Of a stretch of DNA of 24,587 bases, positions 7,345 to 14,800 are shown in pieces. The position numbers and the translations under genes were made by a program. The DNA is from Chlamydiia bacterium (lineage in GTDB: Bacteria > Chlamydiota > Chlamydiia > Chlamydiales > RGXB01). The notes beneath the pieces were generated by a model. It was given only the letters and a program-made list of their open reading frames with translations. It was not told the origin of the DNA and searched no databases. Within the stretch, counting starts at the first letter, position 1; the number at the start of each line of letters is the position of its first letter. The stretch covers positions 1 to 24,587 of the forward strand of contig JBEIFH010000020.1 of the NCBI GenBank assembly GCA_040382515.1, in the 5' to 3' direction.

Positions 7345-7548
7345 TTATTGAAATTTTCTTTTCAAGGAAATATATAAATTCGAGTCAAAAAAAGCACTTA
7401 AAATAAAGAAGAATACTCCTCTCAATAAAATCGATTTCAAGCTAAAACTCTCGTGGCCAATGTAAGAATGAAACCCACAGAGGTAGAGAAATAGGTCACC
7501 AATAATGAACGTAATAGTTCGACCTACCGGTTTTTTAAAGCTCGTCAT
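7345..7548 (-). CDS. Small hypothetical membrane protein (67 aa)
   Basis: SD AAGGA 7 nt upstream of ATG, two hydrophobic segments, basic C-terminus. Stop lies 12 nt before the htpX start. Confidence 0.55.
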   Translation of the reverse strand: MTSFKKPVGRTITFIIGDLFLYLCGFHSYIGHESFSLKSILLRGVFFFILSAFFDSNLYISLKRKFQ

Positions 7549-7730
7549 ACTCTAATCCTTGCAATTTTTGTACGAGATGAAGGGGAAATTTAGAATTACC
7601 CGAGGTTTTTTGCTAAAGAAATAGTACCATAAAATTAGCCTTAATTACAGAAAAAATATATTATACTTAATTTTTTAATAAAAGAAATGTAAAAAGATGG
7701 AGGTAAAATCGAAAAAATGTGTATAAATGT

Positions 7731-7824
7731 GTTCCTCGATGGTAAACCGCTAAGGGCCGACAGTCCCTCATCGAGGGGCTTAAGATAGCCTCGAGAGCTC
7801 ATCTTAAAACCTATCGGTTATAGG
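7731..7824 (+). ncRNA. Candidate structured RNA / cis-regulatory leader
   Basis: GC-rich island in an AT-rich spacer, just after TG-TATAAA (7722-7727). Stems: 7731-7741/7769-7779 (11 bp, two G-U), 7753-7756/7765-7768, 7780-7786/7801-7807 and 7810-7814/7820-7824. Confidence 0.45.
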
Positions 7825-7841
7825 AAAATTAGTAGTTTTAT

Positions 7842-8066
7842 ATGTCAAAAAGTTTGAAAAGTTTGCACGGCACTTTGCCGCTAAATAAGACAAAGGCTCT
7901 TGCTAATTTATCCAAAAATATCAACGAAAATACCATATGCTACGTTTTGATCACCTGCGAAAAACCTCAAAAGGACGGATCGATGCATGTTGACCTTGTC
8001 TTTGAGGGGGATAAACATCTTGCTCAACATCTTTTGCAAACAGCTCAAACAGCCTTTAAACCTTGA
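7842..8066 (+). CDS. Small hypothetical protein (74 aa), resembling a conserved chlamydial small protein
   Basis: CYVLITCxxPxxDGxMxVxxxFEGDxxLA pattern, recalled from Chlamydiota hypothetical proteins but not verified by search. Confidence 0.75.
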   Translation: MSKSLKSLHGTLPLNKTKALANLSKNINENTICYVLITCEKPQKDGSMHVDLVFEGDKHLAQHLLQTAQTAFKP

Positions 8067-8157
8067 AAGTTCTTATTAAAAATTCTTAATTTTGACGATT
8101 TTGGAGTCCATATTTTCCCTTTTTTAAGACATTGAAATCCTAGTTTTTTGAAATAAT

Positions 8158-8186
8158 TTGAGTAGATTCCTTGCTTTTGGCATGAT
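8158..8186 (+). promoter_or_regulatory. Putative promoter of the M20 peptidase gene
   Basis: TTGAGT (8158-8163), 17-nt spacer ending TGG, CATGAT (8181-8186). Confidence 0.4.
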
Positions 8187-8262
8187 CCAACCCTAAAAAA
8201 ATGGTTGGTCAACAGCACTTTAATTGAAAAAAAAATTGCTCAGCGACCGTCAGTAGAATTTA

Positions 8263-9573
8263 ATGGATGTCAGCTATATGGATCGGGCCCTCAGATATTT
8301 AAAAGAATTAGTTGAAATACCGACGGTATCGAGCAAGCCTGAGCACTTGAGCGACCTGAAAAAAGGGGCTTTGGCTGTAGAAAAAATCCTCAAGGAAATC
8401 GGCTTTGAAACGGTGGAACGGTGGACCACCAAGACGGACGTAGATGCCGTATACGCCGAGCATAAGGGGAAGAAGGCTATGAAGACACTCCTTTTCTACG
8501 GGCATTATGATGTGCAGCCTGTGGAACCTTTAGAGGAATGGCAAACCCCGCCCTTTTCTTTAACAAAGGTTGGAGATTGGTACCATGCGAGGGGTGCAGA
8601 GGACAATAAAGGGCAGCTTTGCTGCATTTTCTCAGCTCTCTACCAAAATTTGCCGGAGCATCTCAATATTAAATTTCTGATCGAAGGAGAGGAGGAGTCC
8701 TCTAGCCGTGGGCTCTACGAATTGATCGAAAGACAAAAAGAGCATCTAAAGGCGGACTACCTTTTAATTTTTGATGTCGACATGATATCGATCAATAAAG
8801 GGGCCGTCACCTGCGGAACAAGAGGGGTCTATGGCTTCGATATCGAAGTGGTTACCGGTGCAAACGATATGCACTCAGGAATGTTTGGAGGGTTAGCCCG
8901 CTCTGCAACGAGTGAATTGAACTATCTACTATCGAAAATGCTTGGATCAGAAGGGGAGATCCTTGTGCCTGGTTTCTATGACGAAGTGGTTGTTCAATCA
9001 GACACGACAAAATCGAGCTTTAGTTTTCACGAACCGAATGGGGATTTTGCAAAATATGATATGCGCAAAATTCCTGCTAAGGATCGTAACTATTTTTTGC
9101 CAACTTTGGAAATCAACGGAATGTTCGGAGGGCATACGGGGAGAGGTTCCAAAACTATCATTCCCGTTAAAGCTACTGCAAAAATGTCCATTAGGACGGT
9201 CCATGGCCAGGAAGGATTTGGTCTGATCGATAAGATTGACCATTACTTACAGTCAATTAAACATCCTAACGTAAACGTTTTTGTAAAAAAACATTCCGGA
9301 GGTCCCTATTCTTTTTCTGATCCGACGGATCCTTTTATTGAAAAAATACGACAGGCATACCATAAGATATGCCCCGAAGGATGCGAGACAATTTTGTCGG
9401 GTGCAAGCATACCGGTAGCAGCACATCTTCAGAAGGCAAGCCAAGCGGTTTTAGCTTTTGCCGGTGTGGGTCTAAAAGAGGATTTTATCCACTCACCTAA
9501 AGAAAGATTTAGTGAAAAACAGATCGAAAAAGGTGTTTTATTCATAAAAGAATTGGTTAAGAACCTCAGCTAA
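8263..9573 (+). CDS. M20 family metallo-dipeptidase (ArgE/DapE-like)
   Basis: YGHYDVQP, ARGAEDNKG, EGEEE, DMHSG and IHSPKE metal-binding motifs. Confidence 0.92.
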   Translation: MDVSYMDRALRYLKELVEIPTVSSKPEHLSDLKKGALAVEKILKEIGFETVERWTTKTDVDAVYAEHKGKKAMKTLLFYGHYDVQPVEPLEEWQTPPFSLTKVGDWYHARGAEDNKGQLCCIFSALYQNLPEHLNIKFLIEGEEESSSRGLYELIERQKEHLKADYLLIFDVDMISINKGAVTCGTRGVYGFDIEVVTGANDMHSGMFGGLARSATSELNYLLSKMLGSEGEILVPGFYDEVVVQSDTTKSSFSFHEPNGDFAKYDMRKIPAKDRNYFLPTLEINGMFGGHTGRGSKTIIPVKATAKMSIRTVHGQEGFGLIDKIDHYLQSIKHPNVNVFVKKHSGGPYSFSDPTDPFIEKIRQAYHKICPEGCETILSGASIPVAAHLQKASQAVLAFAGVGLKEDFIHSPKERFSEKQIEKGVLFIKELVKNLS

Positions 9574-9696
9574 GATTTTTTTTGGGTTTTATCCTTTCGG
9601 TAAAATTTTAGAGGCTTATAATTAGATTTCTCTTGAAAGACATCCGCAAGATTAGGCAAGATAAAAGTCTTTAAGGATATACATCAAAATAAGCCT

Positions 9697-10317
9697 ATGA
9701 GATGGGTCTGGAATCGGATTAGACAGTTTGCCTTTTATCCTGAAGAGGAACGTATCTATATTTGGATACTTATAGGTCCACTTTTTTTGACTCTTCTTTT
9801 AATCCCTCATCTTTCAAAATTTGCTCCACTGCAACTGACATTAGCTTTAGGCTCTATTTCTTTATCCTGGATTCTCGCAATTATTTTTGGATTAGAGACT
9901 TTGCAAATCGCTCAAAAAATGCGTAGTTTTGAGGGGCAAGTGGGGGGATTTGAAACCGAAAAAGGGCGTCTTATACAAAATCACCAGAGCGAATTAGAGC
10001 ATATGAGGTCTACGACCGATTCCTTGTACGGCGAGCTGGATGAGGCATCCAAGGCCCTTTGCGAGGAGAAACTTCTAAAAGAGGCGGTGCACCTAAGCTT
10101 AGAAAAAGAAAGAGCGCTTTTAGAGACTTTGCATCAAACAATCCTCGATCTGGAGGATGAGATGGGCAAGATGAAAGAGAAATTTCGTGTCGTCAATAGC
10201 GAATTAAAGGTTTATAAATCTTCCTCCTACACCAGGTATGAGGTGAAGCACATTGTAGATGAGCTCAATCGCTACCGGGTGAAAGAAAAACAGGCCGCAC
10301 TTTTGGCCGAAAAGTAA
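9697..10317 (+). CDS. Hypothetical membrane-anchored coiled-coil protein (Inc-like architecture)
   Basis: Two adjacent hydrophobic segments (about aa 20-66) followed by a long E/K/L-rich helical region. Confidence 0.75.
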   Translation: MRWVWNRIRQFAFYPEEERIYIWILIGPLFLTLLLIPHLSKFAPLQLTLALGSISLSWILAIIFGLETLQIAQKMRSFEGQVGGFETEKGRLIQNHQSELEHMRSTTDSLYGELDEASKALCEEKLLKEAVHLSLEKERALLETLHQTILDLEDEMGKMKEKFRVVNSELKVYKSSSYTRYEVKHIVDELNRYRVKEKQAALLAEK

Positions 10318-10329
10318 AATTTACGATTC

Positions 10330-11175
10330 TTAAAGATTGATAAACAGGTCGGGCACACCCGGATAGGCGTCCTTTGCATCTATAAGGGTCAAAATCTCGT
10401 GGCCTGTGGGTGTAATAAGAATCGTGTGTTCAAATTGGGCACTCAGCATCCCATCGATGGTGCGCGCCGTCCAATAATCTCTTTTATCGATGACAGCCTC
10501 TGGAGAGCCTAAATTGAGCATGGGTTCGATGGTGAAGGTCATCCCCGGTTGCATGATAATATCGACTTTAGGTTTATTGGCATAATGAAAGATAGCCGGT
10601 TCCTCGTGAAACATGCAGCCAATTCCATGCCCCACAAATTGATGAACAACAGAACAACCCATCGCATCGGCAACCGTCTGGATCGCACCCCCGATTTGGG
10701 AGATTTTAGCGCCAGGGCGACAAATCTGAATAGCTGCTTTGAGAGATTCATACGAGGCCTCAACCACACGCAGCGCATCTGCTGAGCAACTTCCCACCAC
10801 AACCGTTCTACTAAGATCGCCGTAATATCCGTTGACAATCGAGGTGACATCGATATTCACAATATCACCCTCATTTAGAGGTCTGTCATCCGGGATACCA
10901 TGGCAAATCACATCGTTGATCGAGGTGCAAATGGATGCAGGAAACGGTGGATCGCCATAGCCCAAGGGTGCAGGGATAGCAGAAAACATTTTGTGGAGTT
11001 CTCTGGATAAACGATCGAGCTCTTTAGTTGTGATTCCCGGTTTAACCTCTTTACACAATAGATTCAAAATTTTGGCAGCAACCTTGGAGGCTTGCCTTAT
11101 CCCCTCAATTTGTTTTTGCGTCTTAAGGAGTATGTTGTGTTTTTTTTTATATAAAGAGTGAAGGGTCTCGATCAT
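10330..11175 (-). CDS. map: Methionine aminopeptidase type I
   Basis: SICTSINDVICHGIP, NIDVT...GDLS, GHGIG..FHEEP, FTIEPM and SAQFEHT motifs. Confidence 0.97.
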   Translation of the reverse strand: MIETLHSLYKKKHNILLKTQKQIEGIRQASKVAAKILNLLCKEVKPGITTKELDRLSRELHKMFSAIPAPLGYGDPPFPASICTSINDVICHGIPDDRPLNEGDIVNIDVTSIVNGYYGDLSRTVVVGSCSADALRVVEASYESLKAAIQICRPGAKISQIGGAIQTVADAMGCSVVHQFVGHGIGCMFHEEPAIFHYANKPKVDIIMQPGMTFTIEPMLNLGSPEAVIDKRDYWTARTIDGMLSAQFEHTILITPTGHEILTLIDAKDAYPGVPDLFINL

Positions 11176-11908
11176 ACGTTATTTTTTTTAAAATTAATCC
11201 TGCGGGGGGGAGTGTAGGTCCCATGTGTTTGGGGCATCCCAACTCAAACCCCCGTTCTACTGTAGCTAAAGAGAGCTTACCATAACCAATATAAAGGAGT
11301 GTACCGGCAATTTTTCTACACATCAGGTAGATAAAACGGTCTGCAACGATTTTTATAAAAAAACTATTTTGATCCTGTTGAATAAAATCGATTTCAATAA
11401 GGTTGCAAAAGGGGTCGCTCCTCCTTTTTTTTGCCCCTTCAAATACGGAAAAATTTTTAAACCCTCTAAAAAGGGGGAGCGCAGATTGGATCGCATTTAG
11501 ATTGATAGGACCTATAGGGAGGCTATAACGGCCAAAAAAGGGATCAGCCTTTTCGAGATGAAACCTATAGTGGTATTCTTTTTGTTTTGCGTTTAGCGAA
11601 GGATGAAAATCGATTCTGCAAGGGGTAAGTGATAAAATATTGATATCATGAGGCAAGCGTGATCGAATTTCTTTGATACAAAGGGGGACAAGACAGTTTT
11701 TTTTCTCTAGTATAATCAAGATTTTTTGACCCTCGGCATGCACGCCCCGATCTGTTCTTGAAGCAACTAGAATTTTTTTTACCGGAACTGCTAGGGCTTG
11801 TAAGATCGTATCTTGAAGATTGCGGTTTTTGGGGCAAAACCATCCATAAAAATCTGTCCCGTCGTAGGATACAGTTAGCAGATAAGCTAAGAGATTTTCC
11901 TGTGTCAT
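11147..11908 (-). CDS. truA: tRNA pseudouridine(38-40) synthase
   Basis: VSYDGTDFYGW, SRTDRGVHAEGQ (catalytic Asp), FIYLMCRKIAG and PPAGLIL motifs. Overlaps the map start by 29 nt. Confidence 0.9.
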   Translation of the reverse strand: MTQENLLAYLLTVSYDGTDFYGWFCPKNRNLQDTILQALAVPVKKILVASRTDRGVHAEGQKILIILEKKNCLVPLCIKEIRSRLPHDINILSLTPCRIDFHPSLNAKQKEYHYRFHLEKADPFFGRYSLPIGPINLNAIQSALPLFRGFKNFSVFEGAKKRRSDPFCNLIEIDFIQQDQNSFFIKIVADRFIYLMCRKIAGTLLYIGYGKLSLATVERGFELGCPKHMGPTLPPAGLILKKITYDRDPSLFI

Positions 11909-12138
11909 CTGGTCAAGATTACTATAAAATGATTAGAAATACGAGGTAGAAATGGGGACTTGGAAAATTTTTTAAGACCCACAGCAACGCTCTCGAGCAC
12001 GACCGCAGTTCACTCGTCAAAAAACAGGGGCCTATTTTGGGGGCACCTAATTTAAAAGTGTGGGGGAATTTTTTTATCTAATCAGGTGTGATTGATTAAA
12101 ATGTTTTTTGGATCCAGGGATAAGGGGAGTTAAAAGGG

Positions 12139-12747
12139 TTAGGTTCCGAGTTTTAGAAACTGGGTAAATCCTTCAAAGAACAGTTGGACTGCCAAAATAG
12201 TCAAAACGAGCCCCATAAGTTTTTCCAAAGCCAAGAGCCCTTTTTCGCCCAGAAACCAGCTGATAGGTGCCGAAAGAAGAAGGACTAAAGTTGTGACCAA
12301 CCAAGCTGAAATGATGGAGTACAAAAGCAGATCTTTCGTATCAGGGTCTTTAGAGAAGACCATGATAGCAGCCGAAACGGCAGGTCCCGCAACCATAGGA
12401 ACTGCTAAAGGGACGATCAGGGGCTCGCCCCTGGGGGTGTACGTGCTCTCGCTATAGGAGGAAAAAATCATTTTTAAGGCGATGATGAAAAGGATTATAC
12501 CCCCTGCGATTTGAATCGATTGGGTCTGGATACCGAGGTGATTTAAGATGTAATGACCACAAAAAGCGAAAAAAACCATGATAAGAAGGGCAAAAATAAG
12601 CTCCCTTGCAATCACAATCGTTTGTCTCTTTGGCGGCAACTCTTTTAGTACTGCAAGAAAAATAGGGATATTACCGGGCCCATCCATCAACAAGATTAAT
12701 GTGACGGTTACAGATACGAATTCTTCAGTAAATATTTTTTCTAGCAT
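12139..12747 (-). CDS. MarC family (NAAT) integral membrane protein
   Basis: MDGPGNIPIF, IAGGIILF, PLIVPLAVPMVAGP and EKLMGLVL motifs. ATG at 12747 chosen; GTG at 12765 is possible. Confidence 0.92.
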   Translation of the reverse strand: MLEKIFTEEFVSVTVTLILLMDGPGNIPIFLAVLKELPPKRQTIVIARELIFALLIMVFFAFCGHYILNHLGIQTQSIQIAGGIILFIIALKMIFSSYSESTYTPRGEPLIVPLAVPMVAGPAVSAAIMVFSKDPDTKDLLLYSIISAWLVTTLVLLLSAPISWFLGEKGLLALEKLMGLVLTILAVQLFFEGFTQFLKLGT

Positions 12748-12803
12748 ATTTTTACCCAATAGCACGTTTCCTATAATTCGTGCAAACCAGGCCTTGTCAA
12801 AAT

Positions 12804-13832
12804 CTAATAAGGTTTATTAAATCTTTTTGAAGCTTCAAAAAGTTTGGAGATCTGCTCTTCAAGAGAGGGGTTCATCTGATCCATAAGAACTAGATAGTCG
12901 CGATTTTTCTCAAATGCCGCTTTAGTCCAGTTAGCTGAACCGAAGATGAATACTTTTTTGTCAATCCAACACATCTTATGGTGCATCAGTCCGCCGTGGT
13001 TGTTGAGATAGATCTGTACTCCCCCTTTTTTGAGATAACCGGCTATTTTTTTCGAGGATCCTCTAAAGCTTTTCTTGTCGATTGTTACCTCTACCTCTAC
13101 TCCTCTCCGTTTGGCGCATAGTAGAGCGTCGCAAATCTTGAGGTGGGTAAATGTAAAGATGCGGCAATCGATAGTCGTTTGGGCTTTGTTGATAGCATCT
13201 ATGAGGGCATGGAGAGCAGAGTCCTTCAAGCCGGGTAGGGACCAAAATCTCAAACGGGCACCTTCGATTGAGGATTCTATTAGATAGGGGTAGTCAGGAT
13301 GGTGCAGTTGCTCGGCGATTTGGGCCGTAAGTTCAGGAGAGTATACGCCAATTAAAAGATTGTCATGCGTTTTATAGGATGCTTTTGTGAAGTTTGTGGA
13401 CCCTAAATAGACAAAAGAGTCGTCGATTGCCAGCACCTTTTGATGCATGAGACCCTGGGCTCTGTGTCCCAAAGTTTTAAAAGAGAATTTTCTTTCGCCA
13501 AATAGGGGGAAACTTTTTGCGTCGTAGTGAAGCAGCACATCCACCCCGTTGCTCTGCTTTTTTGTTAATAGAGATAATAGTTCCGACTCTGTTTCACCGA
13601 ATGTAGAGAGGACAATCCGTTTCTTGGCGTTTTCTATCGGCTCGTAAACAGTTTGCTGTAGGTTGTGGTAGGTCTGATTGGAGTAAATGAGGATCGGATT
13701 TTGAGGGGAGGGGGGAAGGGGAGAAGTGAAGTAGGGTTTAAGACTAAAAAGGGTGAGAGCTAAGAGAACTAGGGTTGTATTAACCCCCCATTTCTTCCGA
13801 AATAGCGGGGTTAGAAATCGTATTAACCACAA
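12804..13832 (-). CDS. Phospholipase D superfamily protein with two HKD motifs
   Basis: HQKVLAID...GSTN and HHKMCWID...GSAN motifs, an N-terminal hydrophobic anchor and a Pro-rich linker. Start is uncertain (TTG). Confidence 0.9.
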   Translation of the reverse strand: MWLIRFLTPLFRKKWGVNTTLVLLALTLFSLKPYFTSPLPPSPQNPILIYSNQTYHNLQQTVYEPIENAKKRIVLSTFGETESELLSLLTKKQSNGVDVLLHYDAKSFPLFGERKFSFKTLGHRAQGLMHQKVLAIDDSFVYLGSTNFTKASYKTHDNLLIGVYSPELTAQIAEQLHHPDYPYLIESSIEGARLRFWSLPGLKDSALHALIDAINKAQTTIDCRIFTFTHLKICDALLCAKRRGVEVEVTIDKKSFRGSSKKIAGYLKKGGVQIYLNNHGGLMHHKMCWIDKKVFIFGSANWTKAAFEKNRDYLVLMDQMNPSLEEQISKLFEASKRFNKPY

Positions 13833-13837
13833 GGAGA

Positions 13838-14101
13838 TTAGGCTCTTGCAGATTCTCTAAAAGCTTTTGCCAGCCCTTTCTTATCGATGGTCCGGATAGC
13901 TGCAGTAGAAACGCGCAATGTGATAAAAGTTTTAGACTCTTCGTCCCAGAAACGCTTTTTCTGAAGATTAGGCTCGAAACGAACTTTCGTTTTTCCTGTA
14001 ATTTTAATACCGATACCCTTTTTCTTCTTGGCAATACCACGTGTGGTATAGCTACGACCTTTGCAAGGGCGGCGTTGTGTCAATTCACAAACTTTAGACA
14101 T
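13838..14101 (-). CDS. rpmB: 50S ribosomal protein L28
   Basis: MSKVCELT, RGIAKKKKGIG (long chlamydial-type loop), RFEPNLQKKRFW and LRVSTAAIRTIDKKG motifs. Confidence 0.96.
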   Translation of the reverse strand: MSKVCELTQRRPCKGRSYTTRGIAKKKKGIGIKITGKTKVRFEPNLQKKRFWDEESKTFITLRVSTAAIRTIDKKGLAKAFRESARA

Positions 14102-14113
14102 TGAACGTACCTA

Positions 14114-14725
14114 TCAAATTGTTGAACTTTTTAGTTGGAGCATAAAGAGGTCGGCGACAATACGGGCAAAACCAGAGGTGAGCATTTGCACTGCGATCAG
14201 CACAATCACTAAACCACCAAGTTTTTCACAGGCGACCATCCCCTTGCTTCCAAGGAAATTTTTTAGTTGCGAGGACCAGATCAAAAGCACAGAGGTTAGG
14301 AGCCAAGCGACGAAGATCACTCCAAGCAAAGTCAGGCTGCTATCGATGGTTGCCCCAAGTGTCATCACATTGGTCATGCTACCCGCACCTGCAAGGAGGG
14401 GAAATGCCATAGGGACAATAAAAGGCTCGCTTTCGACCGCTTCTACTGTTTGAGGCTTGGGGAAAAGCATCCCTACCGCAATAAGTAGAAGAATCAACCC
14501 ACCTGCAACCTCAAGCACACCACGGCTGATACCCAGGATCCCAAGAATCTCTTTTCCCAGAAAGGCAAAGCTTAGCAATATTACAAATGCGATGAGGAGC
14601 TCACGTACTATAATTTGTTTTTGACGCGCTTCGGGGTAGCGGCTCAAAAGACCCGCGAAAAGGGGGATGTTGCCCAAGCCGTTCAAGACAAAAAATAATG
14701 CTATTACTGCGGATTGAAAGTCCAT
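14114..14725 (-). CDS. MarC family (NAAT) integral membrane protein
   Basis: NGLGNIPLF, VAGGLILL, PFIVPMAFPLLAG and EKLGGLV motifs. Confidence 0.92.
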   Translation of the reverse strand: MDFQSAVIALFFVLNGLGNIPLFAGLLSRYPEARQKQIIVRELLIAFVILLSFAFLGKEILGILGISRGVLEVAGGLILLLIAVGMLFPKPQTVEAVESEPFIVPMAFPLLAGAGSMTNVMTLGATIDSSLTLLGVIFVAWLLTSVLLIWSSQLKNFLGSKGMVACEKLGGLVIVLIAVQMLTSGFARIVADLFMLQLKSSTI

Positions 14726-14733
14726 GGCTACAG

Positions 14734-14790
14734 AGTTTACTTTATTGGATCTCTAAAATCTAGCACTTTTTTCAAGAAAAGGGCTATACT
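14734..14790. promoter_or_regulatory. Overlapping divergent promoters for marC (-) and mtaB (+)
   Basis: Minus strand: TAGATT (14762-14757), N17, TAAACT (14739-14734). Plus strand: TAGCAC (14761-14766), N18, TATACT (14785-14790). Confidence 0.5.
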
Positions 14791-14800
14791 CGTAACCTGT

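Noticed and set aside
7738..7762. Fluoride or c-di-GMP riboswitch, or hammerhead, match for the structured element
   Set aside because: Only fragments (GATGG, TAAACCGC) resemble these consensus sequences. The required pairing segments and core motifs are missing.
9612..9696. 8-bp inverted repeat AGGCTTAT/ATAAGCCT flanking the spacer before the 9697 ORF
   Set aside because: Short and AT-rich, with little internal pairing and no target-site duplication; compatible with chance.
14760..14787. CIRCE-like inverted repeat TAGCACTT-N10-AAGGGCTA
   Set aside because: Spacing is one base too long, the right arm is mismatched and the flanking genes are not chaperones. It is better explained as -35/-10 promoter boxes.
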